From Octopus sinensis (Eukaryota), in assembly GCF_006345805.1 (NCBI RefSeq), contig NC_042999.1, forward strand, positions 80,104,001-80,168,000: a stretch of DNA of 64,000 nucleotides. The letters run 5' to 3'. The number at the start of each line of letters is the position of its first letter. Position 1 is the first letter of the stretch. The notes below the pieces were generated by a model. It was not told the origin of the DNA and did no database searches. It saw only the letters and a program-made list of their open reading frames with translations. This document shows positions 13,536 to 27,289 of the stretch, in pieces. A program made the position numbers and the translations under genes.

Positions 13536-13764
13536 GCATACATATATATGCACATATATGCATACATATATATGAATACATATATATGCATACATATATA
13601 TGCATATATATATGCATATATATATGCATACATATACATATATATATGCATCATATACATATATATATGCATATATATATGCATCATATACATATATATG
13701 CATACATATACATATATATATGCATACATATACATATATATATATGTATATATATATATATGTA

Positions 13765-13806
<42 letters not shown>

Positions 13807-13837
13807 ATATGTATGTACATATATATATATTATATAT

Positions 13838-13868
<31 letters not shown>

Positions 13869-13950
13869 GTACAAATATATATATGTATATATATATGTAC
13901 ATATATATATATATATGTATGTGTGTGTATAAGTATGTATATACATATAT
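13200..13950. repeat. Compound (TA)n/(TACA)/(TGCA) microsatellite block
   Basis: Visible directly. Similar blocks at 626-676, 17870-18110, 19630-19930, 25660-26170, 32660-32830, 51860-52230. Confidence 0.98.
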
Positions 13951-14597
13951 CTTCTTTCCTACATAGACTTATATTTTTTTCAGTTAATGGACTGCAAACA
14001 TGCTAAAGCGCCATCCTGAAGGCATTAGTTTAGTACTCATTTTTTAGGTTGGAACTTTTTTTGTTTACCAAAGGCTTACATTACATGGATGTAAACAAAC
14101 CTATGTAGGATGTCAAGAAGCAAGACATAAATGAAAATACACATTCATACACACAAATACATAGACACATGTACACATATACATATACACATGATGGTCT
14201 TCTGAAATGTTTCAGTTGACTGAATTTACTCAATAGCCATTGCATAACTAGGGGCTATAGGCAAATGCTCTAGCTAAAGGAGGCACAGAGAGGGCCTGAA
14301 CTAACAACCATGTTGTAGCAAACATAATTTCTTAACCACACAATCATGCATGTATCAACATACATATTGGGAATGTATTTCCCCACCCATCCATGCACAT
14401 ACAATGATGATGATGACATATATATATATACCTAATATACGGCATGCAAGAGAAACAGTAAAATCCCCACTACCTCTTGAAAGTCATGTCAAAAATATTA
14501 TATCCATAATACTGACAAGAACAGCCATACCACTGACAATTGATGATAATGATGTTGAAGAGGAAAATGCTATAATTTTCAAAAGTGAAATCCTTAC

Positions 14598-14696
14598 TGT
14601 AATGTTGAGGGCCACAAAAGAGACCAGACTGTAGTCCTCTATGATGCCAACCATGGCAGCATTCATTTTCTTGTATTTTCTGAAGATCTCATCATC
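14598..14696 (-). CDS. GPN2: GPN2 second coding exon (33 aa, DDEIFRKYKKMNAAMVGIIEDYSLVSFVALNIT)
   Basis: Polypyrimidine tract + TTTCAG acceptor, ACA|GTAAGG donor, 99 bp phase 0/0. Matches the GPN2 segment I recall as ...QLIEDYSLVSFIPLNI. Confidence 0.95.
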
Positions 14697-17600
14697 CTGA
14701 AAGAGAGAAAAAAACAAACAAAAAAAATATCATATCACAAATAAGATCTATCTTAATTTACTTGAAGAAATGGTTATTTAAACATAAGTAAAAGACAATT
14801 TCCAATAAAATCTTTTCATGAAGCCATTTAACTTTGATGAGACATGTTTTCACTAAATCACGATACATCTCTGGTCAACATAATCAATCTGCATCATTGT
14901 TATTATAATAACAACAACTATAATAATAATAATAATAATAACTCTGAAGTTGTCATGACAAGGAGACACTGCCCGAAATCTGATGTAGACATGATGTATT
15001 TACAAACAAAGAACTATTCTAAAACTTTGACATTAAGATATAAAAGGACCTTTACAATGGTCACTTATACTAATTAATTTTTTAAAATGAGTTCCTACCC
15101 ATTTACCAAGAAAAATATAAGCATAATATTTAGAGGTGTGCAGTCTGATGGAGATTTGGCTGTTATTTCTATCACACTGAGGGCTAAACCCTCTGATCTG
15201 TTGTCTGTTGGTTATTATTGTTCCACAGACACCCACATATGCACAAATGAAAGGAAGAGTTAAAAAACCTCTGACATGTTAGTGTCAGGTGGGTGTGGAA
15301 AAATGCTGAAAGGAAAGAAGAGAATATTAAAAGAATTCAGTCTTGAAAAATATTCTGTTTTTCAGTCATAATCTTCATATTTTTTAAATGTGGAATCCTC
15401 ACAAAATTTTAGCAAAAAGTTAAAACCCAAAAGTTAAATTTTGGTGAGGGGTGAGCAACAAACAGAATTTTTTTTGAGCAAAATAATAAGCTCCATCATT
15501 AAAAACACTGGAATCTGAAGAGACATTTGCACACCAGCCCATCATGGAAAGAAAAAACGGAAAAGAAAGAAATGTAGTGCATATTCAACACATCTGCCTT
15601 CCAGTCTTTGGCAAGTCTAATTATATTCATAGACATGAGAGAGTCAGAAGCCATGTCCATATGGCAGTATGCTGATACTGCAATGGGGGAAACTGGATAA
15701 GAAATGGTAAAAACTTGCAGCAAACCTGGAACATGAAAAGAACCAGGCCACACTCATGTTGGATATGCTTCTTCAGACTGATGAGGAGGTCAAGGTCAAT
15801 TGGCTAGATATAATTATCAATGACTACTCCCTTCTGATTAAAACATTACCTGGAAGGTGGGAGAAACTGTTACAATACAAGGATCTTAACTTGTTACACA
15901 TCATTTCTGCTATAGCAGGAATAGGTTAACTGTCTTTTCTGCCAGATTCCTGGTAAATCGGTAATGAATAACATGTAGAAAAAGAAGATGCTGCTGATTC
16001 TGTCCATTAGTTTACCAGCAATCGTTACTCTTGAGCTGTATGTGCAACTATTTAATTTTTTACTCAAGAGTTCAGGGGGAAGAGTAACGTTAACGTATCT
16101 TCATGCGACAATGTAAAGGTTCTGCTTGCTATGAAACATATGTAGCCCAGATCTTCCCTACTCCATTCCTTAACTCTTGTATATATATATATGCACGCAC
16201 ACAAATAATACCAACCACACAACACATAGAACATGAAGACCACCCAATGAAATGACATGACTCACATTGTACACACTTTACACAACAGACAGAAAAACAC
16301 AAAATAACATCAGAAACATCATCTATCATGGCAAAGAAATAATGATGCAGTCCACATACAAAAAACAAACAGTTTCAAAAGAAAAAAAACAAAAACAATA
16401 CACATCAGAAATACGGTTCTACACTGACTGATGTAAAAGAAAAATTACATAAAGTTTCAAAACACAAAGTGAAATAATAATTCTTTCTAATTTTAACATG
16501 AGGCCAGCAATATTTCACTGACTATCCCCCACCTCACCCCAGTACTCAACTGGTATTATTTTATAGGCCCTGAAAAGATGCAAGGCAAAATCGACTTGGG
16601 TGGAATTTGAACTCAGAATGTAGGAAGATGGAAGAAACATTTGATGGAAGTAAGCATTTTGTTGGACGTAGTAATTAATCTGTCAGCTTGATCCCATCTT
16701 GGTTTCCAGGAATTTTGGAGGAGAGGATTAGTCAATTAAATTGATCCCAAAATTTAGCTGGTATTTATTTTATTGACCCTGAAAGGATGAAAGACAAAGC
16801 TGACCCCAAGAGAATTTTAACTCGGAAGAGTCAGAAGAAATAATGCTTAGCATTTTATTTGACAAACAATAATGGAAAATAATGATAATTGTTTCTGGAA
16901 AGAGAAAAACACAAGGTTACCACAATTTCATAGGGACAGGGGAAGGGTAGAGTTGATTAAATTAAACCATAAGTATAAAAGACATTTTAATACAAGACTA
17001 GGAAGGATAAGTGACAAGGTCAACCTCAGCAAATATTCAAATTGTAATGATAACACAACAAAAACATTGGGAAAAGAGATGTTCAGTCCAAAAATGACAG
17101 AAACAGCAGAACAGGTTCATAGATAGGGCATGGCCTCAAGATAGAATCTCTTAAAAATAAACATAAGTTTCTCAGAATAGTTTCTGTTTTGTCTTGGATG
17201 ACAGCCATTCAATAGTTCACTGATTCCTAATTGTTTTAGGCATTGGTGATAATGGTGGTGGTGGTGCTGGTGAGGAAATGCGGTGAAGAGAATGAAAGTA
17301 GGGAGTTGGTGTTACTATTCCAAAAGAAAATCTTAATAATCTGCGTATACATTTATATACAAACATACACACAAATACACACATATACACTAACACATAG
17401 ACTAATACATACACACACTTAAAAACATGTATGTACATTGGTGTATACAAACACATACACACATCTATTTATCAACCTATCTGTCTCTATATATACATAT
17501 ACACATGCACACACATATGAACATATATAAATGCACACATTCACATATGCATGTAAGCATTACTCACTTTGCAATGTTTTTACATTAACTACAATCAAAG

Positions 17601-17880
17601 GAGAAACTAAGGTAAAGTTTACAAATGTTATTGTCAAGGACATGGCACAAGTATATCCCAAAACCCAGTTTTCAGGGACACCAAAATTAGAAAGCATATA
17701 GTTATTTACAACTTGTATGTATCCATTTATATGTCTACATGTATATGTATATATGAATAATCATATATTTGTGTATATGCACATATGTATTTGTATATAT
17801 GGGTACATGTTTGTATTTATCTGATGCTATCTTCTTGTCGTTATGCATATATATGTGTTTGTGCATATATATATTTTTTC

Positions 17881-17933
<53 letters not shown>

Positions 17934-18023
17934 TATATGTATGCGTGTATGTATCTATATGTATTTATAGATATCGATATGTATTTATGTGTATATGTTT
18001 GTATATATGACTGTGTGGGTGTG

Positions 18024-18077
<54 letters not shown>

Positions 18078-18164
18078 TTGTATATGCATGTACATGTATG
18101 TGTACAAGTATGTCTACGGAAGTTTCTATATTCATATGTATGTATATCATTTATTGTTAATGCA

Positions 18165-19626
18165 GGTATATGCGTACATGTCAATCTAGCTAAAACCAAA
18201 GTCGTAATCAGTAGGAAGGTAGACAAATCACAAACACCTTCAGGTAGATGGCCCTGCTCGATCTGTAGAAAAGGTGTAGGTAGAAACTCTATAAGATGCA
18301 CCAAGTGTAAGCTATGGACACATAAGAGATGCAGCAATGTCAAAGGAAGGCTAACTAGGAAGATGGTTTTTGTATGTGGCAGATGCTCAGGAACAATAAA
18401 CACTGAAAATGCTCTGAGACCAACTTCCGTCACTTTCCAGGGAGAAAAACTAGAAATAGTTGATAGTTTCCGTTACCTAGGTGACCAAGTCAGCAGCGGG
18501 GGCGGGTATGCTGAAAGTGTAACTGCTAGAGTAAGAATAGCTTGGGCAAAGTTCAGAGAGCTCTTACCTCTGTGGTGACAAAAGGCCTCTCGCACAGAGT
18601 GAAAGGCAGACTGTATGATGCGTGTGTACGAACAGCCATGCTACATGGCAGTGAAACATGGGCCGTGACTGCTGAGGATATGCGTAAGCTCGCTAGAAAT
18701 GAAGCCAGTATGCTCCGATGGATGTGTAATGCCGGTACTCACACTCGGCAGAGTGTAAGTACCTTGAGAGAAAAGCTGGACCTAAGAAGCATCAGTTGTG
18801 GTGTGCAAGAGAGACGTTTGCGCTGGTATGGTCATGTGGCGAGAATGGATGAAGATAGTTGTGTGAAAAAGTGCCACACCCTAGCGGTTGAGGGAACCTG
18901 TGGAAGAGGCAGACCCAGGAAACCTGGGACGAGGTGGTGAAGCACGACCTTCGAACTTTAGGTCTCACTGAGGAAATGACTAGAGACCGAGACCTCTGGA
19001 AGTGTGCTGTGCGCGAGAAGACCCGGCAGGACAAGTGAGTCCACAACCCGTGGCCTTCTACATGGGATGGAGCCAGCCTACGTATGCATACCTTCCCTTC
19101 TTGGGACACAAAACTCTACTTGTGAAGACGTGTTGAGGCAAGTGAGGATCAGAATCGAAATCGATCAATGAAATTGCGGATGTGCTACCAGTGCCGGTGG
19201 CATGTCGAAACTCTGCTTGTGAAGACCCACTGAGGCAAGTGAGGATCAGAATCGAAATCGATCAATGGAAATTGCAGATGTGTTACCAGTGCCGGTGGCA
19301 TGTAAGAGAACTTTCCGTTTCGCGACCGTTGCCAGCACCCCTGTTTCGTGTCCGTTGCCAGCCTCGCCTGGCCCTCGTGCCGGTGGCACATAAAAAGCAC
19401 CATCCGTTCGTGGCTGTTTGCCAGCTCTGTCTGGCACCAGTGCGGGTGGCACGTAAAAAGCACCCACTACACTCACGGAGTGGTTGGCGTTAGGAAGGGC
19501 ATCCAGCCGTAGAAACACTGCCAGATTTGACTGGGCCTGATGAAGCCTTCTGGCTTCACAGACCCCAGTAGAACCGTCCAACCCATGCTAGCATGGAAAA
19601 CGGACGCTAAATGATGATGATGATGA
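18165..19626 (+). mobile_element. 5'-truncated RTE-clade LINE: RT C-terminus with inserted PHD finger, long 3' UTR and (GAT)n tail
   Basis: VNLAKTKV, C4HC3 finger (CSIC..CTKC..HKRC..CGRC), [37 protein letters not shown]. Frameshifts near 18573 and 18920, stop ~19038, ends TAAATGATGATGATGAT. Confidence 0.95.
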
Positions 19627-20599
19627 TGTGTATAAGTGTATTTGTGTGCATATCTGTATGTATATATATGTGTGATATATATATATATATAATATATGCA
19701 TGTATATATATGCATTTATATGTGTATACATATGTATATGTATTTGTATGTATGTATGTATGTATGTGTTTTTGAATATGTGAAGATATATGTATGTATA
19801 TGTGTGTATATGTATATATATTTATATATACATATATATAAGTGTATGTATGTGTACGTATATGTATGTATGTGTATACACACATACATATGTATATATG
19901 TATGAGTGTATGTGTGAATATATATGTATATCTAAGTTTTGTCATCTTAATCTATATTATAATATTGAATTTGGAAAATTAATTGTTAGTGGATTCATTC
20001 AGAATTTGACTCCTTTCAATGCTATTCCTGTAGTTACTGTTATATACATCATTATATTAGTATTAATATTAATTAAATATCACAAATAAGATGTTTTCAT
20101 TATACTAAATGAATATATGTATAAATACGTTTATTTAATTTATTAATTAACTGATGATAGTTATAATAATGATAATAACAGATAAATAGTTTTAATTTCA
20201 CTTAATAAATAAATTTGAAAACCAAAATAATTATTATAGTATTGTATAGTTTATAACTTGTATTCTAATTACAAAAATATTATTTTGTTATTCAGAAAGA
20301 ATTAATAAAATTTGCATATATACTATTTATAGTCATTTAATTTTAAAATAATAATATTAATTATTTTATTGTGAGCAATCCTTAACAATTGTTTTGCTTA
20401 TTTACTTAATTTTGACTTATTTACAGAGTTCTCCCTTCCATAATATACGAATAATAATCCTTATTTAAGTAATTTCAAATACAATCATTTCTAAAAAGCT
20501 AGTAATATGTTGATATCCATTATTATAGCCTAACTCTATATCTATGAGGTATTTAGGTTATAGTGTTTACAGCCATAAGTTTATCTTTGTATTTATTAT

Positions 20600-20960
20600 G
20601 GCATTCTCCCAATAATAAATTAAGTAAACAAAGAAAATAATTTTTATTAGGTTTATATTTATATTTATAATGGAATTACCCCTCTGATAAACGATAATTA
20701 CAGAACATTTCCAATTTGTTACTTTAACAATATTTTTTCATAACAATAACTTTAAATAAATAGAAGAGTTATATAATTGAATAGTTAATACTCACGCTTA
20801 CGATAAATAGGCATTTGGATTAATCTTTTACAATCTAGCCATCCTTTCACAAGAAATTTTGTCTATCTTTAGACTCTGGTTCTGATGAGACTTATATATA
20901 TATGGGAATTGTTTATATATCAAAAAATATATATAAGATGAAACAAATTGTTGGCTTTTG
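20600..20960 (+). mobile_element. Highly decayed Penelope-like remnant related to the element at 1-480
   Basis: ACAAGAAATTTTGTCTATC resembles ACTAGAAACTCTGTTTATC (TRNFVY vs TRNSVY); TCTGGTTCTGATGAGACTTATATATATATGGGA (SGSDETYIYMG) resembles TCCGGTTCTGATGTC...ATATATATAAGT at 358-398. Confidence 0.4.
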
Positions 20961-21639
20961 ATGTTTTAATAATTGTTTATATTATATTCATAGTATATTA
21001 TAATATAAATAAATTACTGGATTGTCAACTATATCTCTCTATTTAATTTTATTTTTGTAATTTGCATTATACTCATATTTACATGGTATTCAACTGACGT
21101 ATATATGGATAAATTAAGAAATGGAGTCAATTGCAAGTGTTATTCAAATCATTTATACTTCCAACATATGTTTTGAAAAACATATTGAGATTATTCCGGA
21201 GGGAATAAAAATGATGTAAAACAATGCAATCATCTTGTCAGGGGGGAAAAAAAAGGAACAAAACACATCAATAAGCCATTTTAACCAAATGTGATTACCG
21301 CGTCCGTAAGTATATAATGTAAAGAGAACACTAGGAAGTTATTTTTTTTTTAAATCATAAATAGATTAAACGTCAAAGGTAAATTAGAGAAAGAGAAGGA
21401 GGAAAAAGAAAAGAATTAGCAGAAAATTAAGAGTGGAAAAAATATCTGATAGATGAATGAGAATAAAGTTTAAAAGTGGGGTAATAGATATATGTAGTGA
21501 AAATTAAATGTAAGAAGACAGACAAATATAAAATAAACAAAGATAAAAATAAAATAAGATAAATGTCCACCAACTAAAAAAGTTTCATCAGACAATTAAA
21601 ATATTTTTAACAATTTTTTTAAAAATCAAAAAAAAAATA

Positions 21640-21812
21640 TTTGAAAAAGTTTTATACTTCCCTCACACAAATACGTCCAAAGTTCATAAGTAAACAGACT
21701 TCCACAGGTCAAATTCACATACATGTTGAAAAAAGTCTTTTACTTCCCTCACACAAGTACATCCAAATGTTCATAATAAACAGACTCCACATGTCAAATT
21801 CAACATTCTAAG
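21640..21812 (+). repeat. ~90-bp tandem duplication downstream of the CCHC ORF
   Basis: GAAAAAGT..TTACTTCCCTCACACAA.TAC.TCCAAA.GTTCATAA.AAACAGACT.CCACA.GTCAAATTC occurs twice. Confidence 0.85.
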
Positions 21813-22085
21813 GCCAAATCAGGAGCTCACCACCGCAGTTCATTTACACTAAAGTGCAACATGGCGATGACCCCCTCATCAACATAAACAGGACACATGC
21901 ACAGATCAAAACTGATTCTGTATTGCCCACTAGGGGCCAATGAAGAGGGGACATAAAACATATAAAACAAAACAAGAACGTATGATATAATGCATTAAAA
22001 TGATATATGGAAATGGGCTACCTGCCCCACCTTAAGTAGTGTCACTGACATCCTTCATTCCTTCGTACACCAGCATACCCATGCC

Positions 22086-22880
22086 CTATTTTCTAAGTAG
22101 TTTGTCATATTTCATATTATCTGATACCACTTCTATGTTACAGTTAATTTTCCAACATGAATAATCACTCTGGTATTCATGTAATTCCTTCAATCTATCC
22201 TTAGGCACTACAAAACTTTCATACCATGGATTTCCTTCTGAGTTCACTTGTTTTATGTCCTTCCACTTTGATATTTTACTGAACAAGTCTGTATTAACTT
22301 CGCCGTACATTATAATTCTATAACAATTGGTAGGGGAGGTTTGTGATTTCGTGTGCGTCTGCAATTCTTTTTCCTTTTTATTTTTTGTCGGGAAGGAATG
22401 GGTGTGTTTGGTGTCTGCCAAGAGAGGGTTGGGCTGAGAGGTTATGTGTGGGATGGATGTGGATTGGGGTTCCTGTTGATCTTAACTTCTTTTTTTCCTC
22501 TTTCTCAGTTTCACCACCTTCCACGTTTCTTCCTCCTTCTCTGATATTTCTTCCATCTTCTTCGGTTCCTTTTGATCTTCCTCCTGACTTTCTTTCTTTT
22601 TCTCAGGGCAATCTGCTCTGATGTGGCCATTTTGGCCACATTTGAAGCAGCAAGGGATTCTACCCTTCACCCATACTCTTAATACCGCTTCACCTATAGT
22701 TATTGTCTCTACCATCTTTTGTAAATATTCTGTAGTTCTCTGAATTATAACTTCAAGAGTCTTACCTTGCCAGTTCTTAGCCTCTGTCGCTATGGCCTGT
22801 ATGACTGTTACTTCCTCTTCACTTCCCAGAAGTACTGCTACCGCCACCCAAGCTACGTCTATTTCCAGTGGGTACATTTT
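22086..22880 (-). mobile_element. Gag/ORF1-like coding remnant with CCHC zinc knuckle (L1/Tx1-type ORF1), frameshifted
   Basis: CFKCGQNGHIRADC knuckle followed by a K/E-rich linker (ORF 22482-22877) and a second overlapping-frame ORF 22086-22421; no ORF2 found downstream. Confidence 0.7.
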
Positions 22881-24165
22881 CAGTGTGTCATCGAGTGTTC
22901 CCTTGCCTTGTCCATACTTCTAAAATGAACGTTTACAGATCCGAAACGGCTTCCTCTGATGAGAAAAGTTATATCTTGCCAAATTGGATGGCTTTAGCAC
23001 TATGATTTGATTCCTGGCCTTGGTCTTCCAATGCCTTATATGTCGCCTATATACAAATGCATACACACACACCCACACACACCCATCACTCCCACATCTG
23101 GGACAATATTATCTTGCCTAGGTTTAAGGCATACTGTGTTTTTAAGCACAATATCTCTTTAAAAGGATGAAGTACTGTGGCTTTACAGCATTTAACAATG
23201 CACATACATTAAAAATGTCATATTGACAATGGTTATAGATAGATTTGATGAGTGAAGGTTGACTGGGAGCTAAATGATAAATATGCACAAATACACACAC
23301 ATAATATTAGTAATAGTATGGCAGCATCCACTTTAATGGCATGTTGCTGCATCCACCATTAGTGCTTCCCTACTCCATACTTTGAGGAATTAAAAGTTGT
23401 CATGGTCAGTAATATGACACTAACACATCCAAGGATCTGGACAAAAGAGACAAATATAAACAACTGTAAACAACAACAACAATTATCATGGTACCACAGG
23501 TAAGGAAGGAAGCTGGCAGAATTGTTAGCAAGCTGGATGAAATTCATAGTGGCAGTTTGTCTTTATGTTTGAGTTCAAATTCTGCCAAGGTCAACTTTGC
23601 TTATCCTTTTGGGTTCGATGTAATCAACTAACCTCCTCCTCCAAAATTTCAAGCCCTGTGCATGTAGTAGAAAGGATTATGTTACCCTAGTCATCCACCC
23701 GCACCTTTATATTTGTGTATATTTTCAATCATCTCTTTCAAAATTTCAAATTTTTATTTTATTTTCTTCCCACATTGATGATTTTGACGAAGTTTCTGTG
23801 ATGCTATTCTCAAATCAGTCAATAAATCAATCAATGAATCTCTTTCTCTCTCTTGACCCAACTACCCTCCTTCCCTACTTCCCTGTCCACCACCCTACTT
23901 ACCTGTCCATCTATTGACACAAAACCACATGGCAATATGCCAATCAGAATCTCCACACATTTGTGTAACACTTAATTCATTTTTCCTTCTACCTTCACAT
24001 CATCTTTGTAGCCAGTTATCTCCTTGGTTACATCTCTATCCACTTACCTATGTATATATATATATATATTACCCACTCCATATTATCTCTTTAGTTAACC
24101 CATCTGTCTACCTACTTAACTATGAAGCTATCTACCAAATCATCTACCCACTCTCTCTCTTTCTC

Positions 24166-24225
<60 letters not shown>

Positions 24226-24379
24226 ATGTATGTGTGTGTGTGTCACCTAGTCATCTGCATAACTACTTATGAGAGAATTCATCAATCATTCTTTGTATGA
24301 AAATTTAACCTGTTGTCTCCCTTCAAAACCATCTATCTATCCAGTCATTAATTTCTCAACTAAACAAGTCATCCACTCA

Positions 24380-24850
24380 AACATAACCAACCAACAAACC
24401 AGCCAGCCCACCAAGCAAGGAAGCAAGCAGCCAAGGAACCAATCAGCCAGCCAGCCAGCCAGCCAGTCAGCCAAGCTAGTAAGCATCCATCTGGCCAAGC
24501 AAGCAGGCAACCAACCAACCAATGACACAATCACTCAACCAGCCAGCCAGCCAGTCAGCCAGCTAACCAACCAACCAATCACCACACACCCAGCTAACTA
24601 ACCAATCAGACAACCAAATAGCCATCCAACCAACCAACCAGCCAGCCAGCCAAGCTAGCAAGCATCCATCTGGCCAAGCAAGCAGGCAACCAACCAACCA
24701 ATGACACAATCACTCAACCAGCCAGCCAGCTGACTAACCAACCAATCACCACACACCCAGCTAACTAATCAATCAGCCAACCAAAAACCCAACACCCAAG
24801 CAACCAAACATCTAACCACTCAACCAAGAAACCAGACCAATTACCCAGTT
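24380..24850 (+). repeat. (CAGC/CAAC)n cryptic repeat with ~179-bp higher-order duplication
   Basis: CCAAGCTAG(T/C)AAGCATCCATCTGGCCAAGC at 24471 and 24650. Confidence 0.85.
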
Positions 24851-25910
24851 ATTCACTCAAAAATTACTTCATTTCTTGTTGCTCTGCAACAGAAAATGAA
24901 GTAATTTGCTCAAGGACATAACTCACTGCCTAGTCCAGGAATTGAAACCACAGTCTTGCGATTGTCAGTGTAACACTCTAGCCATGTTCACACACACACA
25001 CACACACACAGGGTGTGTATGTATTTGAGTGTTTTTCTTTCATGTTTTGCAATAAAGCTTTGAGTTATAAATTGGTGATAGCTGTTTGACATTTCCAATA
25101 AAAAGCTTTCATTGAGTTCTACATTTTTGTGAATAAAAGGGAAAAGAACAAACAACCTTTTCTTGGAAAAAAGGTAAGAGTTAACAGAAGAAAGGGCATG
25201 CTGCTATAAAATAATACTTCAATAGTAGGCATTCCCCTAACCCATGCTGGCATAGAAAAACGGACATGAAGCACAAAATCAACAAAACACACACACACAT
25301 ACACATAAGCATATTCATCTAAATAGCAATGTAGCTTACCTCCCCCACTATTCAAACATTCATCCTACTCACCACCTTCCCTCTTCTAATGTCAGTCAGT
25401 CAGTCAGTCAGTGAATCTGTCTTCTCTAAAACAAATAAGACGCCTTCTTCCTCCAACATCACACAAATCAGAAAAATGATTTTAACAGCCGCCATATTTC
25501 TGGTTTAACAATGACTTAAAAAACACCAAGAGTCCGACCCCAGCCAGCACACTTACCGCATACATTCATCCAGCACTTTGCAGTCAACCTTCTCGTACAT
25601 GTATTTTCGTTTTTCACATACACACAGAATCACATCCGCAAAATGAATTATATGAAATGAATATATAAGTGTGTGTGTGTGTGCGTGCGCGCGCGCACAC
25701 ATACATATGCATGTTTATATGTATACATACACACATATACATGTATATATATACACTTATGCACATGTATATATATATATATATATATGCATACATACAT
25801 ACATATAGACACACACAAAACATTTGTGTGTCTATATATTTATGTATGCATGTATATATATAAATATATATAGATATATATAAATGTATATATATACATA
25901 TATATGTATA

Positions 25911-25942
<32 letters not shown>

Positions 25943-26010
25943 AATGCATATATATATATGTATGTATATAAGTATATATATATATGCATATATATATGTA
26001 TGTATATATG

Positions 26011-26041
<31 letters not shown>

Positions 26042-27289
26042 GTGTATGTATCTATGTGTATGAATATATATATATATGTATCTATGTGTATGAATATATA
26101 TATATATGTACATACATACACACACTGTATATAAATATATGTATGTGTGTATACATGTGTGCATGCGTTTGTTGCTCAATGTTTTTATGTATACACAAAC
26201 AAACAAAAAAAAATGGAAGAAAACTTTTGCTGGAATAGATAGATATTAGAAATATTAATGTTTTTACAAGTTGTAAAGGATTAATAAAAAGAAAGAAAAC
26301 AATATCATTGAGGAAAACAAGAAGACCAAAAAAAATGAAAAAAAATTCAATACAAAATATGGAAGACCAGTTTCGCAATAAATTGTAATCACTTCTGTAT
26401 TTTTGTTAAATCTTTTTCACACAGTGAAATTGATTGTTGTTGTTGTTGTTTTTGTTTTCTAGTTTATATTACATTTTCATTTTGTTGTTTACGATTGTTA
26501 TTGTAGTTGATTTTTTTGCATTTCCATGAAATCAGTCAAGATATGGCAGGTAGCGTTCCATCATAAATAGTAGCTTAGCTTATTCTGAAAAAAGATGCGT
26601 TTATGTTGTTTTTCTTTGTGTGTCTGTTTGTCTATTTCATTTCCCTCGCTTTTCTTCTCTCTCTCTCTCTTTCACCCTCAACTGTGTGGCTCTGGATTCA
26701 GTCTGACTGTGCGTCACTTTGAGCAAATATGCCTTTTATCATAGCCCCAGGCCAACCGAAACCTTTCGGTGGGTTGCTAGTATGTCATTGTAGGAAATTA
26801 ATTTAAGTGTATAAGATAAATATGTGTGTGTGAGGAGAGAGAACTAGAGGGAGAAGAGGACGAGAGAGAGGAGAAGAGGACGGACGAGAGAGAGGAGAAG
26901 AGGACGCAAAAGAGAGAGGGGAAGAAGAGGGCGCGAGAGAAAGAGGGGAAGAAGAGGATGAGAGAGAGAGAATTGACAGAATTGTCAAGATGGATAAACT
27001 GCTTTACAGTATTCATTTCAATGAACTGGGTTGTGAGTTCAAGTCCCACTGAGTCAAGTCCTTTGATCAGAATGTATAGAACTAGGGTTGAATCTTTTCA
27101 CTCCCCCTTCCCCATATCTCACTCTAAGAAATTAACTGTGATGAGACCAACCAAAATCAAAAATATGCAAGTCATGTCATATATATTACGAGAACACCCC
27201 TATGAGGAGTTGAGGGCTGAAAGTATAAAAAGGAATCATCATGCAGTATTCACTTTATGTTTCACCCTTCTAAGGTCAATAAAGAGAGT

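Noticed and set aside
13289-14006. Long I/Y/M/H/C-rich ORFs (also 11.1k, 12.7k, 17.9k, 19.7k, 25.7k, 32.7k, 51.8k)
   Set aside because: Translations of (TA)n/(CA)n/(TG)n microsatellites, which lack stops in several frames.
16872-17126. 84-aa ORF (MENNDNCFWK...)
   Set aside because: No recognisable domain or splice context; directly follows SINE copies; left unassigned.
19180-19480. CRISPR-like array of palindromic repeats with variable spacers
   Set aside because: Lies in the 3' UTR of an RTE LINE, recurs with the same flanks elsewhere, spacers are related to each other, eukaryotic context, no cas genes.
19534-19556. CTGATGA-AGCC-TTCT-GGCT hairpin in the RTE tail
   Set aside because: No GAAA follows, and other copies read CTGGTGCAGCC, so it is a chance mutation.
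20000-21300. Very AT-rich stretch as a NUMT or viral insert
   Set aside because: No mitochondrial or viral motif recognised; part resembles the PLE remnant at 1-480.
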